Assembly: GCF_000143415.4 (NCBI RefSeq) | Contig: NW_003314348.1 | Location: 686,062 to 750,061 of the forward strand | DNA: 64,000 nucleotides | Source: Selaginella moellendorffii | Lineage: Eukaryota; Plantae; Lycopodiophyta | Direction of reading: 5' to 3' | Shown here: positions 1-13,054 of the stretch, piece by piece | How positions within the stretch are numbered: position 1 is the first letter of the stretch | How the letters are laid out: the number at the start of each line of letters is the position of its first letter | Translations under genes and position numbers: made by a program | Notes under the pieces: model-generated | The model's database searches: none | What the model was told of the DNA's origin: nothing | Seen by the model: the letters and a program-made list of their open reading frames with translations, nothing else

Positions 1-1679
1 GAGTAGTCACCGCCTGAAGAAAGCCTACTCAAGTCTGATGGATGAGGCTAAGCCTCAGGCTGAGGCAGCCATGCGGAAGAAGTGCCGTGGCCTGCTGTTG
101 GAGAGGAGCAGTGGCAATGACTTCTTCATCTTCAACAACCTGTTCATGAGCTGCTCGATGAGGGGATTCCAGATGCTGGCGATCCAACTGACAATGAATA
201 GTCAGTACCTAGATGCGCTCAAGAGCAAAGCGAGCAGTAGCAGCAGCAGCCTGGCCTTACTCCTCGAGTTCTTGTCGCGCTTCCTTGAGCTCATGTTGGG
301 AGGAATCCTGCTACAGATGAGGGACCTGCGCCTCGTGTTCATACACTGGTGCGCCATGGTGCTGGAGGAAGTGGAGGTTGCCGAGTCCAACATTTGCTGG
401 AAGCACCTCATCGAGCTCTCCACCACGCTTCTCAGCAAGGACGAGGAGAAGCTGTTGCAGCTCCTCTGCAAAACCTGCCACCAATCACCTCCTCCAGGGC
501 ATGCGGGTTGCCCGCATTATGAAGAAAGAACATCAACGCAGACATTAGATCGCATTATGAATGTTTGTTAAGATAGATAAGATTAACTGTTCATGAAGGT
601 CGGAACCCCTCGAGCTATACAAAAAGCTAGGTACTTATTTTGAGGAGTTCTCAATCACCACAAAGCTAAAGAGGTGGCAATATTCCTTCTGGAAGTTACG
701 CGACACTTAACAGGAGGGCTATTGTGTCCATACCATCCTATTGTGTTGCTGAGGTGTTGGTGGATGCTGGGCATCAATGTGTGGTGTGTGTCACTGTTTC
801 CACCTCTTCATAGCAGAGCTGGCAAAGCCGTTCCTCCCGTCGAGACCATTCCCATCATGCAGTCGGTGACCGCCCAGCCGATATGCTGCGATCCTGTGTT
901 TCCATTCCAGGATAACTCAGTTTTGATTTCTTTCAGTGTTCACCATTCAGAGATACCGCACGAATGTCGTAGAGTGATCAGCTCCTTGCAGCAATGCCAT
1001 ATTCAATTTAACATTTGTGAAATGGAAAAACATACGGTGTGGCAAGCATAACTTAGTACTTAAATTCTTTTCTGTTCTTCTTAAAGAATCTATCAATCCA
1101 ATCCAGGCAACAAGCTTTGGAGGCTCCAACATCGATACAAGTGTGTGGTGCTGAAGATTTGTCTCTCGTTTTCTAAGAGAATAGAAAGCTTTACCTTGTT
1201 CTTGATCCTGCAAGAGATACAACATACAGGTAAGAATTAGAGTGCAAAAGGCATGTAAAGCTCTTGAGGAGGATGCGTTTCAGCCCATACTCAAGGTTTC
1301 GCTTGGTGCCAAAGGTAAACAAAAATCTATTAGTCTATTTTGGTGTAAATAATATACCTGGAATATCTAAGCATATTTTAAAATATTCTTCAATCCAAAT
1401 TTTATGTTGTTAAACTCTTCTCTTTGTAATCAATGTTTAATGCTAATAATCTTACTTATGACTAATAGAAGATTTGAGCATGTATTTGTCATGGTTTACA
1501 AGAGAAAAACAACAGCTTATCTTCTTGGCATGTACACTTAAATATATTCACCATATTCTCAAGCTTCCATGCTATCATAGACGGAAGAGAATTTGTCAGC
1601 AATGATGAGATTTGCCATATACTGCAATTGACAACGATGATTGTTCCATTGCCACAACTAGAACTATGAATCAATTCAT

Positions 1680-2300
1680 GATATCAGGGTTATTAACATT
1701 GTTGATTGAATACTAAAAGGATTTTCTTAGCAGAGTGATTTTTCAACTAATGCAGCCAACTTGTTCAAACTCCTTGAGCTCAGCTTGGAAGCATGTTCAA
1801 TCCTCACCTCCACCACCTTAGTCAAAACATCAATAAGATCTAAAGTGCAAATTAATTTATCGAATCAAAGCTTATTGACATTGTTGATTGAATATTGAGT
1901 TGTAGTGGATCCAACATGTTCAATCCTCACCTCCACCACCTTACTCAAATTGTTCCTCACAAAGCCAACTCACCATTCAATTAGGAATGTCAATAAGCCC
2001 TGATTTGATAAATTAATTTGCAATTCTAACATGTTCAATCCCACCCACCAACTTAACATTTAATTAACAATGTCAATAAGCCCTAATTTAGTAAATTAAT
2101 TTGCAATCCCAACATGTTCAATCCTCACCTCCACCATCTTGCTTAAATTTTTCCTCACAACATCAGTAGGATCCATAGCCATTGCAACTCAAATTCAATT
2201 AGCAATATCAATAAGCCCTAATTTAGTACATTAATTTACAATCCCAACATATATAGTCCCACCTCCACCACCTTGTTCAAATCATTTTTCACAACAACAA
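1680..2300. repeat. Degenerate tandem/inverted repeat array, probably a decayed transposon
   Basis: Motif CATGTTCAATCCTCACCTCCACCACC recurs near 1793, 1915, 2030, 2113 and 2250 (last two degenerate). TGCAAATTAATTTATCGAATCAAAGCTTATTGACATT (about 1846-1882) recurs inverted as AATGTCAATAAGCCCTGATTTGATAAATTAATTTGCA (about 1986-2022). The region is AT-rich and CpG-poor. Confidence 0.6.
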
Positions 2301-5059
2301 TAGTCCATAGTCATTACAACAATGCTTTTGGAGGAACTTAGTTAAGTGTATCTCATGAGCCAATAAATTCTTCATCCTCAACAATGGTCTTTAAAATAAC
2401 TTTGGAGTTGTAAAATTCTCACCAATCAATTATACTATTAAACTAATCTTATGATTGGCAACAAGATTATTACTATGCCCCTCTCTTTCAAGGTAAATTG
2501 GCCTGTGTTAGTTTATCAAGTTGTCCCAATAATAGAGTGTGAACTTTGCAGTATTTGTTGAAATCTTTTTAACAACACTACTCACATGACATTAAGGCCT
2601 TTATACACTTCAATTCCTTTTCTCGATCCATCCATTAGTAACTAATTTTCTACCTTGTGAATTGCATAACTTCATTATTAGTTGAATTGTATTAGTTTCA
2701 CGACATTAACCAGGAACTACCCTTGAATGTCAACATAAATCCAAGCTTATCATTTTTGGGAGTTTCTATACAGGGATAGGGACATGCTTGTCCAAATGCT
2801 TTATGCCATGACTTTTCTTATTTTGAGAAGCTAGTGAAGATCTTGGAGGAACAACCACCTAATTTGAAGTTTGAGATAGTTACATTAGCTAAACCATGCA
2901 TTTATCAAAATTGTAATGAAATGGAGAGAACAAATAAACATTTTAAAGAAAAGAGTAAATGTAAAAACAAAAAAAAGGTTTAAGATTATAAAAATTATAA
3001 TAAAACTTAATTTATATCGACATAATTTTCTTAAATAGAATACAAAACAAACCATAGCATAGCAAATTGTTTCTAAACCCTATAAATCACTAAGCAAAAG
3101 ATAAAAGGAGGAGAATAACAATAAGGAGGGATAAATTAGGCCTCACCCCTTTCTTACAGTGATAATGTTTAAATGTTTACAGTGATAGTGTTATTGGAAA
3201 TTTCTTAGGAAAACAAGTGTTTGAGTGTGTGAACTCTAATTATAGTGAGGATTGGAGTGATCTCAATGTAACCCATAGTCAACTGTGGAAACACAATATT
3301 CCTAAACAATTCTTAATAAGGATCTAGTGCTTTGCACTCTCATTATTCATTAGATTCTCACCAAAGTTATTATATGGCAATATGTTATATAACATTTTGT
3401 GGTCTTGTTTTTGGGTAGAATTTCTATTAGGATTGAGATAGTTGGAGGTTGATTTCAAGCCCAATTTGTTCTTTTTCGCTTTTATTGGTCAAGAAATAGC
3501 TTTGTAGTGATTAATCCATGAGAGGAGTAGCTTTGCAGTGGTAGAAAGTATTCACTAAGGTGTATTGTCAAATGGGTTGCAGAGATCTTATCAAAAACAC
3601 ATCACAAACTCTGTTTGTGCCACACATTAGAAACATCCAATATTTCAATATCATTCATTCATTCAAATAGATGTTTATAAAATCACACCACATGCTCATA
3701 CAATTCATACTATAAGTTGTCAATGCACTCCAAGATAGGGAGGTTAGTAGTGATGAATATATACTAGAAAATATTAAAGGCAAAGTTGGTTTTTTTTTTA
3801 CATCCCACAAATAAAACTCTTGTCTTGAAGACCCTAATAACATTCCAACTTGCTCTCTATCACATTATGTTCAGAAGCATTGTCACTCTTAATACATTCA
3901 GACTGTATATGTGTTGAAAATTGCATGGTGGTTGATAGCTTGCAAGTGACTATGCCCCACATATCAAAGTGTGAATGTAGAATCTATATGATACAAACTT
4001 GCAATATGCTACCACATAAAATGTTTAAGTCTTCATAATTACAATGAAATTTACTCATAGTTCATATGCCATAACTCACATTAGTGTAAATCTGTCTTCA
4101 AATTTGAGATAGATGCCTCTATTATAGCTTTGCTAGATCATGCATTGCTAATGCTTTGTGAACTTACTGTTAGCTGAATTTATATTTTATTGTTTGATAA
4201 CTATATTGGAAGTTGATAATACCAGCACTATTTATAGCTATGTTAGTTCATACTTGACTGAATACCTCCTCTGTTGGTACTCTATTATATAGACCCTTCC
4301 AATGCATCTAGACTAGCAAATCCTCTAAAAGTCTTGAATGTTTGAGAAATTAAAAAATTACAGATATGAGTGTGAAATTTCTGATTACAGGCAAAACATT
4401 GTCCTCCACCACTTCTTCCATATTGTGAAACCACTTTCAGAAGCAGAGGACAAAATGTTATTTGCCTCCTCATGTAGTGTTTCACATAGCTATTTGAGTT
4501 TACTCATTGAATTGTACACTAGCAAATCCTCTTGTTTGCCTCTCTGAATGCTTGTCAACACCTTATCTCCATGTTTTTGGACTCAACAACATATGCTCAC
4601 CATATAGTGTGTGCCTTATGTAACCCAAGACCCATCCTAGCATCACGTCTGGCATGACAAAAACTTATGATTCATGGATACCATGAATGCATGTGGCATC
4701 CATGCATAGGTTCTATGACTCATGGTTTCTTATAAAGAGACGTCTGTGTATATATTTCTCTAACATCCAATTAGAAATTAACACAATTTGGTGCAATTTA
4801 CAAATTGCACTTCATATTTAGGAGTATTTTGATGAAAAATTTGGCATTGCCTGTTTGATGTAAGCATATACCCTTCCTTTGCTCTTGATATAATGCTATT
4901 ATCATGGTTAAAATACATGCTCTATCCTTGACAAAAGAAACTAAAGACATTTCCACTGGTGGTGAATATCCCAAGCTTCAGAAGTGAGTAGAATGTCCAA
5001 GAATGTCGGTAGAGTTGTCTGTGTGTCTAGGTTCTTACATTGAGCTTTTTTTTATGCAG

Positions 5060-5187
5060 GTGGTCGGCACTGAGCGAGAAAGCTGGCTCTTTTGGTGTTG
5101 CAGGCAACGACAAAGAAGACGACTGGTCGGAGAGAAAGTGAAAGATCACCAGTCTTATCTGAGAAAAATTTGGAGTGGGCTTTAGGT
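5060..5187 (-). pseudogene. Degenerate duplicate of a JAZ exon fragment
   Basis: GCTGGCTCTTTTGGTGTTG...GAGAAAGTGAAAGATCACCAGTCTTATC...ATTTGGAGTGGGCTTTAG aligns with 6478-6588 of the JAZ gene. Confidence 0.7.
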
Positions 5188-5329
5188 AGGTCGGATTTGT
5201 TACTTAATATCTTTTAGAGACATTTGCGTCCATCGCACTGCTTCTCACAAAGTTCAAGCCTTTGAAGAAGGATCCAGCAGCCACCGCGCCGACGCCAAGA
5301 CTTCACCACCCTGGTCGAGCTTGATCGCG

Positions 5330-5860
5330 CTGCCGGAGGTGAGGAGCATCCACAGCTGCGTCCACGAGAGCGGCTTCCAGCACCACCCTGATGATCGCCT
5401 ACGGCAAATGCGGCACCCTCGAGGACGCGTCCCGGATCTTCCTCCACAGCAGCAGCACCAATCCGCTCAACACCTCCCGCTGGAGCTCGATGATCGCCAC
5501 CTCGGCCAGGCACGGCTGCGCGGCGGAGGCGGTGGCGATCTTCCACCTGATGCAGCAGGAGGGAGCTCGGGCCGACGACGTAACTCTGCTGTGCGTCCTC
5601 GCAGCTTGCAGCCACCGCCAAGGCCGAGTTCGTCGTCTCGATGATCCACGACTACCACGTTGGCCGGACGGCCGCTGCTCTTGAATGGAAGGCTGGAGGA
5701 TACCAAGGAGAGCTCATTCGCAAGATGCCGTTTGAAGCTGCGGCGTCGGTGTGGATGACGCTGCTGGGAGCTTGTAGAACTCAAGGGATCTTCCTCGAGT
5801 AAAGGAGGCCAGTGCCAGGTGTCCGGTATCAACCCCGAGCACGCAGAGTTATATAGTGCT
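5330..5860 (+). pseudogene. PLS-class PPR/E-domain pseudogene fragment
   Basis: AYGKCGTLEDASRIF...WSSMIATSARHG..AEAVAIFHLMQQEG...DDVTLLCVLAACSH, followed in another frame by the E-domain motif MPFEAAASVWMTLLGACRTQG. No 5' portion is present. Confidence 0.8.
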
Positions 5861-5961
5861 CTCCATGTCTACGCGGAGAGTGGAACAAGCAAGACCACAG
5901 GTGTTCGCGAACGAGTTACTTAGCTCAGGGAAAACGAATGAGAAGTACCTGTTAGCGCTTG

Positions 5962-6960
5962 TTATAAGCTTTGGGGATCGCTGTGGGGACTACCAGGAGG
6001 AGATGAGGTTTTTTTGATTGGATATGGAGCAGTCGATGCACATCTGGTTGAGAAGAAGAGAAAAAAACTGACTTTTTTTATCTGGCTGGCAAGAAAAAAT
6101 GAACGAAGCAACTAGTTACCTTTCTTTTCTCTTCTCCAGGAACCTTTGGAGAGAGGCTTTTCTAGCTTGTGGCAGTGCTGCGCAGTGATGAAACGTTTAG
6201 AGCTTGAAATAGCGAAGCAAGAATTTACCTGAACATTTTGAGTTTGACGAGGAGCTCTGGGATATGTTGTTGGCGGAGAGCAGTAGATTTACTGCAGCGG
6301 CGGCTGTTTCCGAGCTACCAGATGTCACGCTCCCGGCCAGAAGCATTATAGCTTGAGCCTAGAACAGGGGTCAAGAAAATCGAAATAGTAGTAAGAAGAA
6401 AAACTTACCTTATCGATTGGCATGCTTTCGTACACGGCCACTTTGCCATCGTATAACATTGTAAACTCTCCAGAGAACGCTGGCTGTTTTGGTGTTGGAG
6501 GCGACGAAGACGACGACGGCGGTCTGAGAGAAAGTGAAAGATCACCCGTCTTATCCGTGTTATGCGAAAGATTTGGAGTGGGCTTTAGAAGCACGCTCTG
6601 GCCTTGATTTTCAGTTGTTTTGTAATGGCTCCAAGGGCGAAGAGACCATCTTCCAGGATTACAAACGCCTGCAACTGTGAGAATAAGCATCCAAAGAGCA
6701 GAAATTTCTGAAAGCTTACCAGCGGTCATGTAGCTTTGCATGAATCCAAACCCCTGTCTGGAACTCAACGCGTGCTCCGCATTGCGGCTATTGGATGCGC
6801 TCCCAAACGCTGCAGCGAGTTGGAAACCTGTCTGCCTGCTCATCTGCTGGAGTCGGGAAAGAGAAGCTGCTTCACCATCTCCATCCAATTGGAGAGAAAC
6901 TCGAGAACCATTTGCCGCTCCACCGGAGAGATCTCTCGTCGATCCCATACCATTGGCCAT
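5962..6960 (-). CDS. JAZ: JAZ (TIFY/ZIM + Jas) jasmonate-signalling repressor, multi-exon
   Basis: ZIM domain EFTMLYDGKVAVYESMPIDK|AQAIMLLAG (a TIFY variant). Jas motif ALPQARKASLQRFLEKRKER|CASTAPY across intron 6044-6119. Stop at 5962-5964. The start (MANGMG) is inferred. Confidence 0.9.
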
Positions 6961-7514
6961 TGCAAACACCTCGCCTGCTAAAGCTTCAACTAGGTAGTAT
7001 CTCCCCCCAGCTTATGTCTCGAACAACGACCAGACCTGGAAATCTGAGAGAGTACTCCCCCATAAAGGACTGGCTTTCTTTTGAGGAACATCCATAGCCA
7101 GATGTGTGGTGCGGATCACTTTGAAGTTCAAAGGCTATACAGATGTGCGCAGACGTAGACGGGTGAATGTCCTCATGTACAAACAAGAAAATAATTCACT
7201 GACCTGAGGGTACCACATGCTTATACGCTCACAAAATTCACAGCACACGATCGTCGTAATCAAAGCAATCCATGCTTTCCCCGTGCCATCAACATCGCAT
7301 GTCTGTAAGGAAATTCACAAGAAAACAAAAGTCAGAACCGCTTAAATAGTTGTAATGGGAAACATACCTACAACCACGTTGTGCCCACCGCGGCAAGCTC
7401 GGAAACAACTCTGCAAATAAGTGCCACTCTCGTCGCATAAACAGCTCAATAAAGCTCTGTACCTTTCTTTGCAAAAGCGCTTGTCCAGCTTGAAACGAGT
7501 GTCGAGGAACACAC

Positions 7515-9901
7515 TTATACCAGAGAAAAGCTGTCGTCGAAGAACGCTGCATGCCTCTCCGGCATCTTGTCATACAGCTTTGACCGCCGGAAAGTGGCGA
7601 CGATGGTTGATCCTCCTTCCAGATAGCGCTCTCTTAAGACGTTGAGCTCCTTCATGCCGCACCCCCCAAACTCGTCAAAGTCGGATCTTATGTGCTGGAC
7701 CATCATCGCCCCCAGGCCCGCCGAGAACATACGATCCACTACGTCCTGTCCACCGGCTTCGGCCATCGCAATCAAAGCGTCCATCGCACTGCTTCCCACA
7801 AAGTTCCGCGTGGTCTTTGAAGAAGGATCCAGCAGCTTAACCAGCTCGTCGATGGGCATAATTCGCAGAGTGTCTTGAGCGTTCTCGGCAGCGGAAATAA
7901 ACGTTACCAGCTTCTTCAAGACGTGAACCATGCTCGACAGTGAGTCATCGTCGGGCTTCAGAAGTTGCCGGATATGATGAAGTATCCCAGTGTCTATAAA
8001 ACTGCTCAAGTTGTACTCCCAGTCGCTTGGAGTATAGTAGTTTGCGATGAAGCGGAGAGCCGACTGTGCTGCCTTCCCTCCGGGACCAAGTTCCGGAATA
8101 AGTCTCGGGATCCCGGGCCCCAGAAGTAGAACAAATGACTGGCTAGTCTCCGACCAGTCTTGATACGTCTTGCAAAGAGAGCACAGGTTTATAGTCGCGT
8201 CGAAAACGCTAGCCTGTAGAGCTTCGTTCCTTGACCCGAGGATCCTGAGAAGAGCATCCCCTGCCATTTTTCTCGGTCTTTCTTTCCCGTATCTATAAAG
8301 CCACGGAGCTACTGTGGCTAGCTCTCTGGAGGAGTCCGGAAGTTTCAGGAGTTCCAAGCTTTCGAGGTCTTTCTCGGCAAGGTAGAGAGCGACCATGTCG
8401 TGAATAATGTAGCTGTAGGACGACTTATGCTTGCCGATCAAAGAGCCTTTCAGAAGAGCACCTATAGCCAGCCGAAAAGTTCCTTGCAGCCCAAGAGCAC
8501 GCCACATTTCTTCGAGACATGGCTCTGGAATCGGTTCCACCCATGATAGTGCAGCAAAAGCGGTGAAAAACTCCCTCGTCTCCTTTTCCATCGCCTTCAG
8601 GCTAAACTCGAGGGAACCAAACACAGTAGCGGCGTTTGATACGTCGTCGTCCATGAGATCCTTGTTTGGAACAGGGGCTCGGCTGGCATAAATCGAAAGA
8701 TCGTTAATTGCCTGAAGCCATTGCTCGTGCCTGGATTCTCCTTCCAGAGCCTGACCGATCACAGTGACTGTGAGGGGATGATGTCCGCAACGATGTAGGA
8801 GTTCGTCAGCAAGTTCCTGAGAATACTCGTTAACAGCCGAAAGATTGAAAGGAAAAACTATACTTGTACCGGCAAGTCTTGCACTTGGCTGTGGTGCCGT
8901 AGGATTTCTTTTCCAACTTGAGCGACGTCTTCCTTCGTTACCTCCACTCTGTCAACGTCACTCGAAACCATCGCATATAGCCTTGTTGTCACCAGGTACT
9001 TACACCGATTCCCCTGGAGTTTCATGAACCGGATCACCACGTCTGCCTCCCACACATCGTCAACGATGATCAAGTAGTTCTTCTCCTTGAGCGTCTCCTC
9101 TAAGATAACGAAGGCTTCTTTCAAGCTTATGCCGTCGAGGTCGTGCTTCTTATAGCCCAGCTGTGTCCGTAGGAGGTGAACAATCTTCTCAGCAAAGTCT
9201 TTCTGGTACTCTTTAGTGTTGTTTCCCAATGCAGCTCTGCTACACCCATAGCCAAGCAAAACTTTCAAGCTGCCGTCTACGAATCTCGTTGGCAGAGAGC
9301 TTGCTCCCACAAAATGAGCAAGCGATGACTTCCCGATACCAGAGAGGCCGTGCACGAGGACAACCTTGTGAGGGCTGCTCGCGAGAAGATCGCACACCTC
9401 CTGGACTTTAGAGCGCAATGGCTGGTAGCCATCCTCTGGTTGCAAAGTTAAGTAAGATGGTAGTCCTTGAGCGTACCTCTCCATGGCCTCTTCGATGCTG
9501 ACTGGAACATTTTGCTGCTCAAACCATTTCTGCAGCTGGGATTCCATGGAGTATGCGATTCTCAGCAGCTCGTCCCCGACAGCTGCTGACCAGCAGCACG
9601 CCATGACCCGTGTCAATCCTTTCCTGGAAGTGAGCCTCTCGGCCTTTCCTACCTCAGTGCTAAACTCCTGGACAAGCTCACGTAAATCTCGAAGCCTGGC
9701 CCGAAACTCGTCATTGTGAAGCTTGTTCGCGTACTTCTTCTCTGTCTTGGTCACGGAGCTCTCTAGCTGGGTCACTAACCTCTTCAAGTTCTGAAAGTTC
9801 GATGGCGCCTCATCTAGATTCACAGACGCGTCCTTGAGAGCCTTCACACCTTGAATGAAGCTTGTGATGACGCTGCTTGCGAGCACTGCCGCGTCCGCCA
9901 T
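7515..9901 (-). CDS. NB-ARC (STAND ATPase) protein with an N-terminal helical CC/RPW8-like domain and an ARM-like C-terminus; no LRR
   Basis: P-loop GLSGIGKS, Walker B YLIIVDDVW, RNBS-B KYLVTTR, GLPL-like CGHHPLTV and MHD-like IIHDMV. Short intron at about 8818-8866. Extra 3' exons at 7200-7500 are possible. Confidence 0.85.
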
Positions 9902-9920
9902 CGCTCGGGAGCTCTTGCAT

Positions 9921-10778
9921 CTACCGGAAACTCGGTGGGGCTTTGACGAAATGACGCTGCCTGGTTGACCCATGTACGGTAGAGACTAGCCAGCCGTCCA
10001 GAACTCCTTGGCGCAAGCCTTTCCTGCGTTTTCTTCCAGCTCTCGGGCATACCCAGCCACCACCCTTGAGACTATCTTCTTCGGGTGAAGGATCAATTCG
10101 TGTTGCATGACTATCGTTACTGTCGTGGTTTTTCTCTCCCCTTCGCATCATCCCCGTCACTAGATCCGACTTATCGTTCTTGCCTCGAGTATCCACCACT
10201 TCCTCTAACTCGGCCTCATTTACTACCATGATTCCGTGCGAGCAATCCTTTGCTTGAGTTTCGACCACTCCCACTACATCCGGTCTGTGTTCGTCGAGGG
10301 TTTTTAAAGCTTTTGCATCGTCAATCGCTTCCAAGCTAGCTCGGCTACTATCTGGATTTTTCGCACCAGTCGCCTAGAACAAAAACATAAAGAGAAAACT
10401 TAGAAGCAACACAAACACACAAGAACCTCATACCTGTGAGTAAGTGTCCTCCTTTTGTAGGCCTGAATCACTAGTCTCTTTTTCTTTTTCTTCTTCTTCT
10501 TCAGAATTGCCAGGATTGGTAAAATCTCTTCGCAAGCACTCTCGATCATCTTCTATTTCCTCGTCGTCTATCTGTTCCTCAGGGATTTCTAGCAAATTCT
10601 TGTTCGAAGAGTGTGATTGTCCTCTATCTCCCTCAAAATCTTGCGAATAATCTAGAGAAGAAGCCACATTGTAGCGAGGAGGCGAGAATAGATCTATCAA
10701 GGCCTCCGTGCCAAGGCATGAAAGAGGATCGCGGAGATATCTCTCATCTGTGAATCCAGAAATGCTATCCGACTCCAT
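9921..10778 (-). CDS. Acidic, probably disordered uncharacterised protein (2 exons)
   Basis: ORFs 10428-10778 and 9921-10334 join in frame through GT-AG intron 10374-10433 (YSQ|ATGAKN). Asp/Glu-rich with a basic C-terminal RKRRK. Confidence 0.6.
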
Positions 10779-10914
10779 ATTTCCGTCGATCCTAGCTCAA
10801 CATACGGGCAAGACGATCACTGCTTGGGCGCCGTTCTCTTCCTCTACGCGAAGAGCCCTACAACACTATGTCAGTACGTGGCACAATCCCACTGGCTTAT
10901 TTGGGGTTTATCAC

Positions 10915-10947
10915 TTTTTTAGGGTTCATAGGGTTAGGGTTTAAGGT
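10915..10947 (+). promoter_or_regulatory. Telo-box cluster in a short bidirectional promoter
   Basis: TTTTAGGGTTCATAGGGTTAGGGTTT lies just upstream of the RRM gene ATG (10958), between divergent genes. Confidence 0.55.
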
Positions 10948-10957
10948 AGCGCCCACA

Positions 10958-13054
10958 ATGCTCAAGCAGGTGATTGCGCGCGGCGTTACACAATCCGCGC
11001 CGACCTTGCTGCGACGATCCACATTCGCGCGAAACCTTTCCCAGTCTGCCGGTAAGATCAAGAATGCGCATTTTTCTTCCGCGGATTTCACAGGCATGCT
11101 CACACTTCCCAGCTGCATTGCAAGAGCCGGCGGCAGCGGCAGTGGACAAGAATGCGGCGATTCGCGAGGAGAGGATTTTGCGCATGGAGGCCTATGTCCG
11201 CAAGTAAGCTCCGTTTTTTTTTCTAGAATCTGGAGAATGTAGCTAAACGTTTCGTTAGGTATTGGGCCGAGAAAGGATGTCTTCCAAAAGCTTACATCCT
11301 GACAAAACAGTTTGGCGGAGCTAGAACAATCGCCCCCAAGGTGCTGGAACGCCTAGAGCCGGAGCTAAATAAGAACGGCGTTCCGGACGCTGCTGCTAGT
11401 TCTAAGCCAGCGACGGCTCTCAAGTCATCGCCAGCTTCAACGCAAAAGGCTTCTAGCGACGGTCCAGCCAACATGAGTGTAGCAACTTCGACTTCTCATA
11501 TTGCGGCTAGTACTCCCTCTCCTGGTTCAAGCACGCCGTTAAGCTCCAAAACAACGAGTTCAGAAACTGGCGTGAAGGATCAGGGAAAGAAGGAGGTCCA
11601 AGCAGCAGCGGAAGTAAAAGAACCGGCCTTCAGTTTGTGGGAGAAGCTCCACAGCATTGCGTCGGCGAAAGCGACTCCAACGCGTTCGTCTCAAGCGCCA
11701 TCGGCTCGGCCTGCTATCACGCCGCCGCCGCCTCCAAGGCAGTCAGCTGCATGCGACTCAACTGAAGAAGACGATAGCGAAAGTGAGAGCAGCGACAGTG
11801 AGGTGGATTTGCCGGCGGGGTCCGAGGACAAGAATCCAGCACAACCTTTGCTTCGAAGTGATTTGCAACCGAGGCATGGATTATACATAAAGTTCCTCGC
11901 TCCTCAAGCGACAGAGTCGGATGTCAAGGCCGCTTTTCGGAGCTGTGGAGACATTCATAGGATCCAAATCGTTCGAAGTCGAAATCCTGGCGCAAAGTAC
12001 ATCTATGGTTTTGTGGATTTCACGGTAAGTACTATAGAAGCTCCACGCTTTTGTTCTAATCATTCAACTTATTGACAGACTGAAGAGGCACTAAACTCTG
12101 CGCTGAAAAAGGAGATCATTATCAGGGGCATCAAAGTTCAAACCGAACCTTCAAAGAACGGAGCTCCGAAAGAGAAACAACAGAAGCAAGAGTCTGACTC
12201 GGACGATGACGCTGCAAAGTCGAACAAAAACAAAACAAGCTTAGCAGTTACAAAGACTATGGACGATCTGGCCTTGGCCCCCGAAAAGAGGCGATGCACT
12301 CTAGCCCTCGAGAGCATACCACATGCAAGCCTTCCTCAGATCATCGATGCCTTGGGGCAGTATGGAGAAGTCGTCAACTCACAGACAAAGCATAGCTCTG
12401 GCGGAAACACGACTGCGTACGTTGAATTCAAGGTACTTTTGTCTGCCATTCTTTCTATCCGACTTGCTGGAGCCTTACACCTGTTCTTTTCGTTTTTGTT
12501 GCAGAGCGAGATAGAAAAGGATACCGCTTTGGCAGCTTCTAAAGTGATCCTTGGTGGGAAATCCCTGAAACTGACCAGAGTCGATATTCCTCTAACGACA
12601 GTAGTAAGGCTATCTAATATCCCAGCAGATGCACGTGAAAAGATCGCGAGCAGCTATAAATCTTACGGACAAGTCGACAAGGTTGATCCCCGGATGGATG
12701 GCGTCGTGGACATTTATTACAGCGCGTCTGAGATAAAAAACATGGCGAAAATCCTGGACAAGTAAGGCGTTTTCTATTTGTTTGTGCGTTCGTTTGCTTC
12801 GATTTGCTAATGTGCGTTGTCTGCTCAGGTTGAACGGATTGCACGTAAGTAGAAGAAAGCTGCGAGCGATGCCTGCTCCAATAAGCTATCCAAAAACAAT
12901 GGCGGAGCTCGCTGGTACGCCGCAGGGATTGAAGTGGCTCGAGTCCCAAAGGGAGCTCGTGAGGAAGAACTTGGAGATCTCTCTTGCGAAAGCAGCCATG
13001 TATAGCCGGGATTTCGAGCAGCTCCTCACAACGACGTCAGTTCCAGCCAAGTAG
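10958..13054 (+). CDS. Multi-RRM RNA-binding protein, probably organelle-targeted
   Basis: Arg/Ser/Ala-rich N-terminus MLKQVIARGVTQSAPTLLRRS. RRM1 LYIKFL...YIYGFVDF, RRM2 TAYVEFK and a third RRM-like unit VVRLSNIP. Several short GT-AG introns. Confidence 0.8.

Noticed and set aside
1790-2290. Spaced repeats superficially like a CRISPR array
   Set aside because: Eukaryotic context, degenerate units, repetitive spacers and no cas genes.
6986-7500. Exon-like pieces between JAZ and the NB-ARC gene suggesting an NLR-JAZ integrated-decoy fusion
   Set aside because: I could not build an in-frame splice path, and an in-frame stop lies shortly upstream of the JAZ start. Long-read cDNA would be needed to revive the idea.
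10915-10947. Telomere-like sequence suggesting an interstitial telomere or fusion site
   Set aside because: Only a few imperfect units, which recur at several promoters; they fit telo-boxes.
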